From positions 1,408,001 to 1,472,000 of the forward strand of contig CP051526.1 in the NCBI GenBank assembly GCA_050916045.1: a stretch of 64,000 nucleotides of DNA. Direction: 5' to 3'. Source of the DNA: Tepidisphaera sp. (GTDB taxonomy: Bacteria; Planctomycetota; Phycisphaerae; Phycisphaerales; UBA1924). A program made the position numbers and the translations under genes. Under the pieces are notes generated by a model. The model was not told the DNA's origin and made no database searches. It saw only the letters and a program-made list of their open reading frames with translations. This document shows, one piece after another, positions 19,893-29,886 of this stretch; position 1 is the stretch's first letter; each line of letters begins with the position of its first letter.

Positions 19893-22707
19893 CCGGACGC
19901 TGCTTTTGATCGCGGTCGTCGCGTTGTCCGCCGCGCTCATTGCGGCGGTGACGGCGGCGATGTCGTCGGTGCAGGGATCGCTGTCGAAGCGTCTCACGAT
20001 GGTGGTGGGTACGGCGGACGCGCGTGTTCATCCGAGCCAGGCGGGCAAGCCGTTTGACGCGGGGATCCTCGATGTCGTGCGGACGTGGCCGGAGGTGGAA
20101 TCGGCGCTGCCGCGGCTTGAGAGCAACCTGACGCTTCGCGGCGTGCGGCCGGTGTGGAAGAAGGAGGGGGACTTCGCTCGCGAGGTGCGGGCGTTCTCGG
20201 TGAACACGCTCATCATCAGCCTGGGGAGCGAGCTTGATCAGAAGATCCGACCGATCGATCTGGCGGAGGGTCGGCTGCCGCAGAAGGATGGGGAGATTGC
20301 GCTGAGCCAGGTGCTTCTGGAGCGGCTTCGCGGGCGGGAGGGGAAGGATGCGCGTCGTTCGTCGCGGCTGTCGCAGTTGACGTCGCGACTCGCGGACACG
20401 ATCGCGGCGGGGGACATGCCCAAGGGGCTGGATCTTGGGCCTGAGAAAGCGGCGAGTCTTGAGGAAGCGGTCGCGCTGAACGCGAAAGCGGATATCGGGA
20501 TCGGCGGACGGATTCAGATCGTGCGGTTCTTCGGCGGGCCGATGGAGTTCACGATCGTCGGGGTGACCAAGAGCGAGCTCTTGGGTGGGCGTCCGCAAGC
20601 GTGGGTGACGCGGCCGAGCCTGGAGAAAGCGACGGGGCAGGCGGGGAAGCTGACGAACATCGACATCGTCTTCCGCAAGGGCGTGGATGCGAACACGGCG
20701 GTGGGGAAGTACAAGCCGGTCGTGCTGGAGCGCGGGGGCAAGGAAGGGCTGAATCTCGAGACGACCGAGAAGGTGAGCACGGGGTTCAAGAAGAATCTGC
20801 AGAACAACGACATCCCGCTGATGGTGGCGAGCGTGATGGCGTTTCTGTCGGCGGCGTTCATCATCACGACGGGGATGACGGTGAACATCGCGGAGCGGCG
20901 GCGCGAGCTAGCGGTGCTTCGGTGCATCGGCGCGACGCGGTGGCAGGTGGCGGAGGCGCAGCTTTGGTCGGGGCTCGGGATTGGCGTGATCGGTGCGGCG
21001 ATCGGGGTGCCGCTTGGGCTTGGGGTGGCGCTGGCGATTTTGGAGTATTTCAGGACGGACCTGAAGATCGAGCTTTTTGTGCCGACGTGGCGGCTGCTTT
21101 ACGCGGGGCTTGGGGCGGTTGTGGCGGCGCTGCTTGGGGCGGTGTGGCCTGCGTGGAAAGCGGCTCGGCTGAGCCCGCTGAAGGCTTTGACGTCGCGGGC
21201 GGAGGTGCCCAAGCGGCGTGGGATCCTGCTGACGCTGGTGGTGGCGGTGGCGCTGATTGCGGTGCATCCGCAGCCGCTTTTGTACGGGATTGAGTTCGAC
21301 ATCGCGGTGCCGCTTTATCTTGGGATTGGGCTGCCGGCGATGCTGATCGGGTATTTCCTGCTGGGGGTTCCGCTTTTGGCGGGGCTGACGCGGGTGTTCG
21401 GGGTGTTGGTGGCGCGGGTGATGGGGGTTCAGCCGGTGCTTTTGGTGCGGTCGCTGGTGGCGACGCCGTACCGTTACGGGCTGACGGCGGGTGCGCTGAT
21501 GACGGGCCTGGCGCTGATGGTGGCGACATGGACGCAGGGGCGGGCGGTCGCGGAAGACTGGCTGGACCGGATTCGATTCCCGGATGTGTTCGTCCTGGGC
21601 ACGAATCTCAAGCTGGAGCATCAGCAGAAGCTTTCGGAGCTTGATTTCGTGACCAAGACGGTCGCGATCTCGCTGATGACGGTCGAGAGCAAGGAGAAGA
21701 CTCAGACGTTGATCGCGACGGACGGGGTGACGTACATCGGGTTCCAGCCGCGGCCGTTCTTTGAGCTTGCGCGGTTGACGTGGGTGCAGGGGGACGTCGA
21801 GACGGCGGTTGCGCGGATGGAGCAAGGTGGCGCGGTGATCGTGGCTCGCGAGTTCTTCAACGCCCGCGGGAAGGGAGTGGGGGAGAAGGTGACGCTGGGG
21901 ACGGACGGGCGCTGGATCGAGTTTGAGATCGTGGGCGTGGTGTCGAGCCCTGGGCTTGATCTGGTGAACCAGTACTTTGAGATCGGCGGGGCGTTTGCGC
22001 AGACGGCGGTGCACTCGGTCTTCGGGACGCGGGAGGACTTGTCGCGGATCCTGGGCGGGACGGAGCCGACGATCCAGATGATCCAGGTGGGTCTGAAGGA
22101 TGATCCGTCGCTGGATGAGGTTTCGGGGGATCCGAAGACGGACGCTTCGGCAAGCGACTCGATGGTCGCGTCCGCGATGGGGCAGTCATCGGACACGGTG
22201 GCGGAGACGAAGATCCGCGAAGCCCTCGAAGGGACGAACATCCTGGACGTGGGGAACGGGCGGAAGCTCAAGAACGGGATTCGGGCGGTGCTGGAGCGGT
22301 CGATGATGATCATTTCGGTGATCGCGGTGACGTCGATGCTTGTGGCGTGCATGGGCGTGGCGAACATGATCGTGGCGGCGATTGACGCGAGGCAGTTTGA
22401 GTTCGGCGTGCTGCGGGCGGTGGGGGCCCGGCGCGGGATGGTGCTGCGGCTGGTGCTTGCGGAAGCGGTGATGGTGTCGTTGGCGGCGATGGTTCTGGGG
22501 ACGTGCATGGGGTTGCAGGCGGTGTGGGCGGGACAGATCGTGGATGAGATGCTGCTTGGGATTGAGCTTGATGTGAGGCCGCCGTGGGGCCCGATCGCGG
22601 CGGGGTGCGGGATCGTGCTGGTGATGGCGATGGGGGCGGCGGCGCCGGCGGTGATCGCGCTGTCGCGACGGAAGCCGAGAGAGCTTCTGGCGGCGGTGAG
22701 GGGTTAG
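19843..22707 (+). CDS. Duplicated FtsX-like ABC transporter permease
   Basis: Two FtsX halves (ERRRELAVLRCIGA; RQFEFGVLRAVGA); SD GGAGG; overlaps the ATPase 3' end. Confidence 0.92.
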   Translation: MRPGLRLATSNVFVRSSRTLLLIAVVALSAALIAAVTAAMSSVQGSLSKRLTMVVGTADARVHPSQAGKPFDAGILDVVRTWPEVESALPRLESNLTLRGVRPVWKKEGDFAREVRAFSVNTLIISLGSELDQKIRPIDLAEGRLPQKDGEIALSQVLLERLRGREGKDARRSSRLSQLTSRLADTIAAGDMPKGLDLGPEKAASLEEAVALNAKADIGIGGRIQIVRFFGGPMEFTIVGVTKSELLGGRPQAWVTRPSLEKATGQAGKLTNIDIVFRKGVDANTAVGKYKPVVLERGGKEGLNLETTEKVSTGFKKNLQNNDIPLMVASVMAFLSAAFIITTGMTVNIAERRRELAVLRCIGATRWQVAEAQLWSGLGIGVIGAAIGVPLGLGVALAILEYFRTDLKIELFVPTWRLLYAGLGAVVAALLGAVWPAWKAARLSPLKALTSRAEVPKRRGILLTLVVAVALIAVHPQPLLYGIEFDIAVPLYLGIGLPAMLIGYFLLGVPLLAGLTRVFGVLVARVMGVQPVLLVRSLVATPYRYGLTAGALMTGLALMVATWTQGRAVAEDWLDRIRFPDVFVLGTNLKLEHQQKLSELDFVTKTVAISLMTVESKEKTQTLIATDGVTYIGFQPRPFFELARLTWVQGDVETAVARMEQGGAVIVAREFFNARGKGVGEKVTLGTDGRWIEFEIVGVVSSPGLDLVNQYFEIGGAFAQTAVHSVFGTREDLSRILGGTEPTIQMIQVGLKDDPSLDEVSGDPKTDASASDSMVASAMGQSSDTVAETKIREALEGTNILDVGNGRKLKNGIRAVLERSMMIISVIAVTSMLVACMGVANMIVAAIDARQFEFGVLRAVGARRGMVLRLVLAEAVMVSLAAMVLGTCMGLQAVWAGQIVDEMLLGIELDVRPPWGPIAAGCGIVLVMAMGAAAPAVIALSRRKPRELLAAVRG

Positions 22708-22784
22708 GCCCGTAAAATCTTGCGGGAGCGATCCTGTATAATCCTTTGGCGGGACGCGGCTGGCGGCCCGCCGGAGGAAGCGCA

Positions 22785-23078
22785 ATGGACACCCGAAGCG
22801 AAACCTTGATGATGTACGACGCTCAGAAGAAGTCGCTCGTCGTCGCGTATCTGCTCTGGTGGTTTCTCGGGTTCTTCGGCGTGCACCGGTTTTATCTTGG
22901 CGCGGTGGTGAGCGGGGGGATCATGCTCGGGCTGGCTCTGGCGTCGATGTGCCTGACGCTTATGGTCGTGGGGTGGATCGGGATCGCGGGGGTCGGGCTT
23001 TGGTGGCTGATCGATGCGCTGCTGATCCCCGGGATCGCGAAGGAGTTCAACCTCAAGCTCATCGATTCGTTGAAGTAG
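22785..23078 (+). CDS. TM2 domain-containing membrane protein
   Basis: KKSLVVAYLLWWFLGFFGVHRFYLG; SD GGAGG; TATAAT at 22737-22742 upstream. Confidence 0.9.
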   Translation: MDTRSETLMMYDAQKKSLVVAYLLWWFLGFFGVHRFYLGAVVSGGIMLGLALASMCLTLMVVGWIGIAGVGLWWLIDALLIPGIAKEFNLKLIDSLK

Positions 23079-23090
23079 CGGCGGGCTGGA

Positions 23091-23729
23091 TTAGCGGCCC
23101 GGCTTGGGCCCGTCGAGCGTCTCGACCCTGAGCACGATGGTCGGTTCGACGGGGATGTGCTTCATCTCGCGGGCGGGGAGTTCGTAGAGCTTGCCGGAGG
23201 CGATCTTGTCGACGACGTCCATGCCGGCGATGACGCGGCCGAAGACGGCGTATCCGGCTTTGCCGCTGAACTCGCGGGGCGTGTCGAGCTTGGTGTTGTC
23301 AATGAGGTTGATGTAGAACTCGCGGGTGGCGGTGTCGGGGTCGGTGTCGCGGGCCCAGGCGATCGTGCCGCGGGAGTTCTTGAGGCCGTTCTGCCACTCA
23401 TTCTTGATCGTGGGGGAGCCCTTGAGCTCGACGAGTGCGGTCGTATAGCCGCCGCCCTGGATCACAAAGCTGGGCACCGTGCGGTGAAAGATCGTGCCGT
23501 TGTACTCGCCGCGGGTGGCGTAGCCCAGAAAGTTCGCGACGCCGATGGGGGCCCGCGTGGCGTCGAGCTCAAGGTCGATGTTGCCGGCGGTTGTCACGAG
23601 CCGGACGAAGCGGAGGTCTTCGCGGGCGGGCGACTTCGCTGCGTCGCGGGTGGCGGATGTCGAGCAGCCGACGAGGCCGACGAGCGGGAGGGCGAGCGCG
23701 AGCATGAGCGAGACGAGGATGGTTCGCAT
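23091..23729 (-). CDS. Cyclophilin-type peptidyl-prolyl isomerase (lipoprotein)
   Basis: YNGTIFHRTVPSFVIQGGG, RGTIAWAR, GYAVFGRV; lipobox LVGC. Confidence 0.93.
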   Translation of the reverse strand: MRTILVSLMLALALPLVGLVGCSTSATRDAAKSPAREDLRFVRLVTTAGNIDLELDATRAPIGVANFLGYATRGEYNGTIFHRTVPSFVIQGGGYTTALVELKGSPTIKNEWQNGLKNSRGTIAWARDTDPDTATREFYINLIDNTKLDTPREFSGKAGYAVFGRVIAGMDVVDKIASGKLYELPAREMKHIPVEPTIVLRVETLDGPKPGR

Positions 23730-23800
23730 GGCGGCATTCTACCGGACTCGGCGGAACGTGCGACCGCAGCGGCGGTTCAGGGATGTGATACGCTCTTGCC

Positions 23801-24631
23801 ATGAATGAACCGTGGATGACGATGGTGTATTCCGCTCTGGTGTCGCTGGCGTGGACGCTTTGGGCGGCGGTGGTGATGACGAACATCGGGAAGGTGTCGG
23901 CGGGAGCGGCGGCGGCCTTTCGTCGGGCGCCGATGCTTGATCTGCTGGTGGCGGGGACGACGTGGATCCCGTGGGTGGTGCTCGGCATGGTGGCTTCGCA
24001 GCGGGCGGATGTGCCGTGGTGGGCGGGGTCGGTGGGGGCGCTGGCGGGGCAGATCGTGGGGCTTCAGCTTTGGTGCTGGGGGCATGAGTTCGCGAACCGG
24101 GAGAAGGTGAAGGGGCCGCGGATCGTGCGGTATCTGAACCGGCGGGTGGGGCGGTTCCGGAATCATGCGGCGCTGTGGATTACGGCGCTGGCGTACCCGA
24201 TTTTCTGGGGCATCCGGTTCGGCGAGGTGTTCATCTATCCGTGGCTGGTGTGGACGGTACGGTTGCCGCGGTACAAGCAGGCCGAGTGGATCAACGTGAG
24301 CCGGACGAAGTTCGACGGGCTTGTCGGGCACGACCTCATCTGGTGCTTGTACTGCGACTGGATGACGGGCGTGTACTCGCTCGGCGCGGAGATGCTCCGG
24401 AACGTCGAGAGCTTCTGGTGTCCGATCCGGTTCTACGACGGGAAAAAGTGCGCGAACTGCAAGGTGGACTTCCCGGACATCGACGGCGGCTGGGTCGCGC
24501 CGAACGGCACGATGGGGGACGTCGTCGAGACGATGGCCAAGCACTACGACGGCGGGGACCACTCGTGGTTCGGGCATCCGGGGCGCGTCGGGCTCACCGT
24601 GGAGGGGAAGAGTCCGTCTTCGAAGGCTTGA
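23801..24631 (+). CDS. Hypothetical membrane protein with Cys-rich C-terminal domain
   Basis: N-terminal hydrophobic helices; WCLYCDW, FWCPIRF, CANC; GC3-biased codons. Confidence 0.8.
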   Translation: MNEPWMTMVYSALVSLAWTLWAAVVMTNIGKVSAGAAAAFRRAPMLDLLVAGTTWIPWVVLGMVASQRADVPWWAGSVGALAGQIVGLQLWCWGHEFANREKVKGPRIVRYLNRRVGRFRNHAALWITALAYPIFWGIRFGEVFIYPWLVWTVRLPRYKQAEWINVSRTKFDGLVGHDLIWCLYCDWMTGVYSLGAEMLRNVESFWCPIRFYDGKKCANCKVDFPDIDGGWVAPNGTMGDVVETMAKHYDGGDHSWFGHPGRVGLTVEGKSPSSKA

Positions 24632-25841
24632 CGAGGAACTCCTGGATGAGGGCTCCGCACGCGGCGTCGTTGCCCTTGGCGGCCTGACCGTCGCCGAGGT
24701 TGCACGCGACGACGATGGCGAAGCGGCGTTCGGGAGCGATCCACGTGACGCAGTGCCACATCGTGTTGCTGCCGCTGTGCGTGAGCACGAGGCCGGTATC
24801 GGCGGGACCCGTGCCCTTGGCCCAGGGGCGGGTTGCGACCAGCCATCCGGCGGCGTAGCGGTCAGAGTCCTTGTCGGATGCGGCGGGGTAGGGCTCGTGG
24901 AGTTTGGCCCACGCGGTGGCAGGCAGCAAGCGTGGAGCGGGGGAGTCGCTTGGGTTCTTGATGGCGGCTTGCGCGTCGGCGTGGAGCGCGGCGAAGCGAG
25001 CCCAGTCGGTGATGGTCATGTGGACGGTGCCGGCGGGGGCGATGGCGGGGGGGTTGTCCGCGCCGGGGCCGGGGGGAAATGCTTTGCCGTTTCGGTGGCC
25101 GCGCGGCTGCGAGACGGTCTTGGCGTCGCCCGGGGCGCCGAAGCCGGCGGAGGTGATGCTCACGGGCTGGAAGAGGCGGGTTTGGATGAGATCTTCCCAG
25201 CTCTTGCCGGATTTCTTCTCGAGCATCGCGCCGGCGATCGCGAAGCCGGCGTTGGAGTAGATGAACTTGGAGCCGGGCGCGGCTTGAGGTTCGTTGGCGA
25301 CGACGCCGGCGAGGAGCGCGAGCCTCGCGTCGGTCGGGGTGCCCTTGAAGGACCAGAGCTTCGCCCAGAGGCCGCCTTCGTCGAGGCTGGTGGGGGCCCC
25401 GCTTCGGTTGGTGAGCAGCTGGCGGAGCGTGACCGTCTTCCACGCATCCTTCATCGCAATGTCGGGGAAGACATCGGCGAGCGTCGTCTCCCAGGCGATC
25501 TCTTTCTTCTCGATCATGACGGCCGCGAGCGTGCCGGTCATGGCTTTCGTGCATGAGCCCAGGTGCCAGAGGTCGGCGGTGGTGACGGCTTCGGGCTTGT
25601 TCAGTTCGCGGATGCCGGAAGCGCCGACGGCGATGATCTGACCGTCGCGGACGACGGCGGCGGCCATGCCGGGGATCGCGTGCTTGGCGATGAGGGGAGC
25701 GATCAGGTCGGAGATGTCACGCGGCGTGCTGGTCGCGGGAGGGGCCGCGGGTGCGGCGGCGGGCGCGTCAGGCTGAGGCTTGGCATCGAGGGATGCGGGC
25801 TGGGCGAGCAGAAGTGAAGCCAGCAGGATCGGAGCGAGCAT
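24594..25841 (-). CDS. Serine hydrolase, beta-lactamase/PBP family, secreted
   Basis: Signal peptide, SCTK (SxxK), YSN, HSGSN. Confidence 0.92.
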   Translation of the reverse strand: MLAPILLASLLLAQPASLDAKPQPDAPAAAPAAPPATSTPRDISDLIAPLIAKHAIPGMAAAVVRDGQIIAVGASGIRELNKPEAVTTADLWHLGSCTKAMTGTLAAVMIEKKEIAWETTLADVFPDIAMKDAWKTVTLRQLLTNRSGAPTSLDEGGLWAKLWSFKGTPTDARLALLAGVVANEPQAAPGSKFIYSNAGFAIAGAMLEKKSGKSWEDLIQTRLFQPVSITSAGFGAPGDAKTVSQPRGHRNGKAFPPGPGADNPPAIAPAGTVHMTITDWARFAALHADAQAAIKNPSDSPAPRLLPATAWAKLHEPYPAASDKDSDRYAAGWLVATRPWAKGTGPADTGLVLTHSGSNTMWHCVTWIAPERRFAIVVACNLGDGQAAKGNDAACGALIQEFLVKPSKTDSSPPR

Positions 25842-25877
25842 GCCATTCCTCTCTGGGTTTCGCGGGACGGGAAATCG

Positions 25878-26864
25878 TCAGACCTTGACCGTTCCGATGA
25901 GTTCGCGGATGTTCGTCGCTCCCCTCCGCTTGACCCACGATGCGAGGCCCGAAGCGATATGGATCGGTGAGCGCGGGTCGGCGAAGAGGCCGGTGCCGAT
26001 CTCGACGGCGGTCGCTCCGGCGAGGATGAACTCGGCCGCGTGTTCCCACCGCATGACGCCGCCGATGCCGATGATGGGAACCCCGGCGTCCTTGCAGATG
26101 CGGCGGTAGGCGTCGTAGACGAGCTTGACCGCGATGGGGTGGACGGCGGGGCCGGAGAGGCCGCCGGTGATGTTGGCGAGCTTGGGCGTGCTTGTCTCGA
26201 CGTCGATCGCCATGGCGGGCGTGGTGTTGGCGAGGCAGACGGCGTCGGCACCCGTTCGTGCGTTGGGGCCGGCGGGTGTGCCGGCTCCGTCGATGGCGGC
26301 GCGGACGAGGTCGACGATGCCGATGTTGGCGACGGCGATGGAAACGGGGCTGAGCTTGACGAAGAGGCGGGTGCGCGTCAGGACGGGGCGGACGGCTCCG
26401 ATCAGTTCGCGGAGCATGGCCGGGTCGGCTCCGAACTCGCAGCCGCCGTGAACGTTGGGGCACGAGACGTTGAGCTCGACCGCGCCCATCTGCTCGATCT
26501 CGTTCATCCCCGCGGCCGCGACGACATAGTCATCGATCGAGTAGCCCGCGATGGACCCGATGACGCGCGTGGGCACCGACGGCACGCGCGGCGCGACCTT
26601 GGAGAGAAACGCGTCGAGGCCCATGTTCGCGAGGCCGATGGCGTTGAGCATCCCGGCTTCGGAGGGCAGGATCCGCCAGGTCTGGTTCCCCTCGCGCGGA
26701 AGGCGCGTGATGGATTTGGTGACAAGCCCGCCGACCTTCGCGAGATCGACGACATCGTTCATCTCATCGAGCGTCCCGGCGGTGCCGGCAGCGAGAATGA
26801 CAGGGTTCCGCAGGGCAAGCCCAGCGAGGTCGGTCTTCAAAATGGCGTCGTCGGCGTGGCTCAA
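25878..26864 (-). CDS. pyrD: Dihydroorotate dehydrogenase (family 1)
   Basis: NPVILAAGT, TKSIT, MLNAIGLAN, ELNVSCPNV, GGLSGPAVHPIA; start uncertain (TTG 26864). Confidence 0.93.
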   Translation of the reverse strand: MSHADDAILKTDLAGLALRNPVILAAGTAGTLDEMNDVVDLAKVGGLVTKSITRLPREGNQTWRILPSEAGMLNAIGLANMGLDAFLSKVAPRVPSVPTRVIGSIAGYSIDDYVVAAAGMNEIEQMGAVELNVSCPNVHGGCEFGADPAMLRELIGAVRPVLTRTRLFVKLSPVSIAVANIGIVDLVRAAIDGAGTPAGPNARTGADAVCLANTTPAMAIDVETSTPKLANITGGLSGPAVHPIAVKLVYDAYRRICKDAGVPIIGIGGVMRWEHAAEFILAGATAVEIGTGLFADPRSPIHIASGLASWVKRRGATNIRELIGTVKV

Positions 26865-26950
26865 GGGCTGATCGTACCCGACAGAGCCTCCAACGGAGCC
26901 CCGGCGCAAGCCGGGGGACTGGGCGCACGTTCACCGAGGAAATCGTCGTT

Positions 26951-27571
26951 TCACCGCTTCGACGCCGGTGGCTCCGTCGGCGGCGGGAGCCCGTGGCGGC
27001 GGCAGATCTTTCGGATCGCCTTCTCGCATTCTCGACGTTGCCACGCCTTCGGGACGGTTGTTGCGAGCTCGGACAGTCTGGGAATGTCGTCGGGTGTGCC
27101 GCACGTCCCCAGGCCCGTCGGTGCGTGCCCCGGGAGTTGATCCAGAACCGCCAGCAGCACGCGACGGGCGAACGGTTTTGGACACTTCTTGGCGATCCCC
27201 TCGCAGAGCATCTGTCGGCCCTCGCCGAATGACTGGTTCGTGAGCGCCCGCTCGAACCACTCGCACGGCACTTTCGCTTTGCTTCGGCGGATCGTCTCGC
27301 CCGATGTCCAACGATTGTGCTCGTGGCGGTCGAAGTAGTCACAGAGCACGCCGCCATCGAATCGGCACGCGGCATTCTGGAGAATCATGACCAAGAGCCA
27401 GCCCTCCCGATTGTCCATCGAGGTGGCGAGGTATTTCAGGACGACCGCGACGGTCTCCGTCGTTGCTGCACCGCCGCCCGTGAACCCCATGGCGAACGGA
27501 TCTTCGAGGCCGCTTGCTTGGCGGAGTTCCGCTTCGATGATCGCCAGTCGCTGCTCTGCGGGAGTGGTCAT
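26951..27571 (-). CDS. Hypothetical helical (HEAT-repeat-like) protein
   Basis: 206-aa ORF, SD-like AAGGA, -10-like TATACT at 27637-27642; GEGRQML...WQRRECEKAIRKI resembles HEAT-like accessory proteins. Confidence 0.65.
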   Translation of the reverse strand: MTTPAEQRLAIIEAELRQASGLEDPFAMGFTGGGAATTETVAVVLKYLATSMDNREGWLLVMILQNAACRFDGGVLCDYFDRHEHNRWTSGETIRRSKAKVPCEWFERALTNQSFGEGRQMLCEGIAKKCPKPFARRVLLAVLDQLPGHAPTGLGTCGTPDDIPRLSELATTVPKAWQRRECEKAIRKICRRHGLPPPTEPPASKR

Positions 27572-27656
27572 GCCCCAATTCCTTCACGACATCACGCGGG
27601 GCGATTGGCCGCTGCCACGGCTATCGCTTGCGGCGGAGTATAAGGGTGAACCGAGT

Positions 27657-27702
27657 GGCGAGTGGCATAAGTTGAGGGTGCCATCAGTTGATGGCACTTC
27701 GG
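27657..27702. repeat. Repeat R1: collapsed copy of the ~150-bp repeat
   Basis: Shares AGTTGAGGG(T/C)GCCATCAG(T/C)TGA with R2/R3; GTGCCATCA-GT-TGATGGCAC hairpin at 27678-27697. Confidence 0.8.
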
Positions 27703-27778
27703 GCTGGGAGGCTTGCATGTGCTTTCGGTGCCGCGCGTGCTTTCGCCATTTTGACGCTTGCGGTTTCGTGGATGTCGA

Positions 27779-28576
27779 TCAGCAGCCGGTCTCGAAGGCC
27801 GCGACGAAGGCGTCGTAGTCAAAGAAGTCGACGAAGCCGTCGTTGTTGAAGTCGGCACCCGCACCGGTCCCCGTCGGGCAGTCGGCACCTTCATAGCACG
27901 CGACGAAGTCGTCGTAATCGAAGAAGTCCGTGAACCCGTCGCCGTTGAAGTCCGAAGCGCAGTACGCAACCCAGCGGAAGGTCGCTCCGAAGTCGGCGCC
28001 CGTGCTTCCCCATTCCCACGAGGGATCGACGGACGCGTCGGCGACCATGTGAAGCTCGTACGTGCCCGGCGGGAGAATTCCGGCATCGTCGATCGTTGAT
28101 TCCGCCATGAACTCATTGTGCTGCTGGGCGACCGTGCCGCCCGGGCCGAAAAGCGTGACCAGCGCCGTGGCGGAGTTGCCCCGGATCGACCCCGTCAGCC
28201 AGTAACGCACGGGCGCATCGATGCGGAACACGATCTCAAAGCCGGACCGGCCGGTTGAACTGGACAGGTCGCTCTCGGGGCCGGGGCTGGTGCTAGCTCC
28301 GCCCTGGCCGACCGCCCAGAAGCGGTCCTCGCCGATGCCGCTTTCCTGCGTGCCCACGCCGCATCCCGTGTTGCCGAGCGGAGTGGTGACGCACGCCACG
28401 CTGACGCTCCGGAAGGTGCCCAGACCCGCGTCGGACTCCTGCCGCCCGTCGTAGACCGTGTCGCCGCTCGCGGAAGCGGCGGTGGCCCGTCGGGTCAGGA
28501 GCGGGGTGACCTGTCCGAAGCAGACCTCGGCCGTGGAAAGACAGCAGACCAGCACCGACGCGATTCGAACGTTCAT
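27779..28576 (-). CDS. Secreted protein with C-terminal GC-type dockerin-like anchor
   Basis: SD GAGGAGG, signal peptide, two DFNxDGFxDFFDY repeats ending FETGC*. Confidence 0.88.
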   Translation of the reverse strand: MNVRIASVLVCCLSTAEVCFGQVTPLLTRRATAASASGDTVYDGRQESDAGLGTFRSVSVACVTTPLGNTGCGVGTQESGIGEDRFWAVGQGGASTSPGPESDLSSSTGRSGFEIVFRIDAPVRYWLTGSIRGNSATALVTLFGPGGTVAQQHNEFMAESTIDDAGILPPGTYELHMVADASVDPSWEWGSTGADFGATFRWVAYCASDFNGDGFTDFFDYDDFVACYEGADCPTGTGAGADFNNDGFVDFFDYDAFVAAFETGC

Positions 28577-28657
28577 GCGACCCTCCTCTTGACTCACGTG
28601 GAGTGTAACCGAGCCGGGCTTGGATACGAACGGTCGTTTGCTCGCGGCCGCCGGAAC

Positions 28658-28808
28658 GGCGGGTGACGCGAGTTGAGGGCGCCATCAGTTGACGCCGCAG
28701 CGGGTGTTGCGATCGCGCGTCGGGCGAGCTTTGCCGTCCGCTGATGCCTTCGCGCGACGGGGGCCAACCACCAGGAGGGTCGAAGCGACCCAAGTGGTGG
28801 CACTCGGC
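28658..28808. repeat. Repeat R2: ~150-bp repeat with imperfect inverted arms
   Basis: About 80% identical to R3 by manual alignment; arms GCGCCATCAGTTG and CAAGTGGTGGCAC; abuts the stop codon at 28809. Confidence 0.85.
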
Positions 28809-29309
28809 TCAGTACGTGCGAGAGCCAACTTCGCGGAAGAAGGACGCGAGGGAGGATGAAACGACGCGGCCCGCCTTGCCAAGGTCATCGCGAGTCTTAA
28901 GGTCGCAATCGTGGTAGAGTTGCATGATTCTTGGGTTCGTCGTGCTGTAGGTAAAGTCCAAGAAGTACGGGTCGCCGCTCCCCGTCAGGCACGCTCCGAA
29001 GCAGATGAGCCCCAGCGGTCTCGCCAACAGGCCTGGATAGAAGCCTGTGGATTCCTCCATCATATCCGCGGGGCTCAACCAGCCGATCTCATGGGAGGTG
29101 CCATCGGCGGAACGGTGCTCGAAACATGTGTCGGTGATCCAAAGCGACGTCAACATGTCGACGAGCCAATCGCAGTTCGCGTTCGCAAACAGTTCCCGCA
29201 GGACAACCGTTTCCGAAGTGAGAATGACTCTTCCACGCTTGCCAAGGACGAAGCAACTCAGCGAGTCCTGGTGCGGCCACATTCGCGTTCTCCCTTTCCC
29301 TTCGGTCAT
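28809..29309 (-). CDS. SMI1/KNR4 (SUKH)-like putative immunity protein
   Basis: FYPG...ICFGACLTGSGDPYFLD...NPRIMQLYHD...VSSSLASFF resembles the SUKH core; atypical codon usage. Confidence 0.6.
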   Translation of the reverse strand: MTEGKGRTRMWPHQDSLSCFVLGKRGRVILTSETVVLRELFANANCDWLVDMLTSLWITDTCFEHRSADGTSHEIGWLSPADMMEESTGFYPGLLARPLGLICFGACLTGSGDPYFLDFTYSTTNPRIMQLYHDCDLKTRDDLGKAGRVVSSSLASFFREVGSRTY

Positions 29310-29364
29310 AAGTCAAGCTGTGCGGCGTTGCTGCGGATTCCGCCCCGGGATTGGACACCATCGT

Positions 29365-29820
29365 TCAGTCGTTGCAGGACCATTCGAATCCACATACTCC
29401 GCATTCGCTCGCCGCCTTGAGAATCTCGGCGATGTGACGCATGTCGGAGTCAACCGCTGGGATGGTCCGCTGGTCGTCCTGCCAACGAAGGTCCCGGTCG
29501 AAGTCGATGATCACGCGTGGACCGCCTCGGGAGTCGTCGAGTGCCCAGACCGCTCCCTTTCCATCGCAAACTTCCGCGGGATAGCAGGCCACGCCATTGT
29601 CTTGAAGACCTTTGAGGAGAATCTGTTTGGCATCCTCGGCGTTCTTGATCGAGACGGTTTCCCATAGCTGTGTTCCGTCGGGGTCACATTTGACTGCCAT
29701 GGCTGCCGAGGTTCCGTTTATCCAGATCGGCGGGAGCAAGGTGTCGATCAGCTTCGTCAAGAGACGAGCGACTCCGTCGCGCCCGCTTAGAATGATGGTG
29801 ATATCGACACGCATGGTCAT
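29365..29820 (-). CDS. Hypothetical protein (151 aa)
   Basis: SD AAGGGAG before ATG 29820; lower GC, atypical codons. Confidence 0.65.
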   Translation of the reverse strand: MTMRVDITIILSGRDGVARLLTKLIDTLLPPIWINGTSAAMAVKCDPDGTQLWETVSIKNAEDAKQILLKGLQDNGVACYPAEVCDGKGAVWALDDSRGGPRVIIDFDRDLRWQDDQRTIPAVDSDMRHIAEILKAASECGVCGFEWSCND

Positions 29821-29886
29821 GGGCGGCTCCCTTTTCGGGCCATCGGGTCTGTCGCCGAGTTCTGACGGCTGCTTTGCAGCATAATC

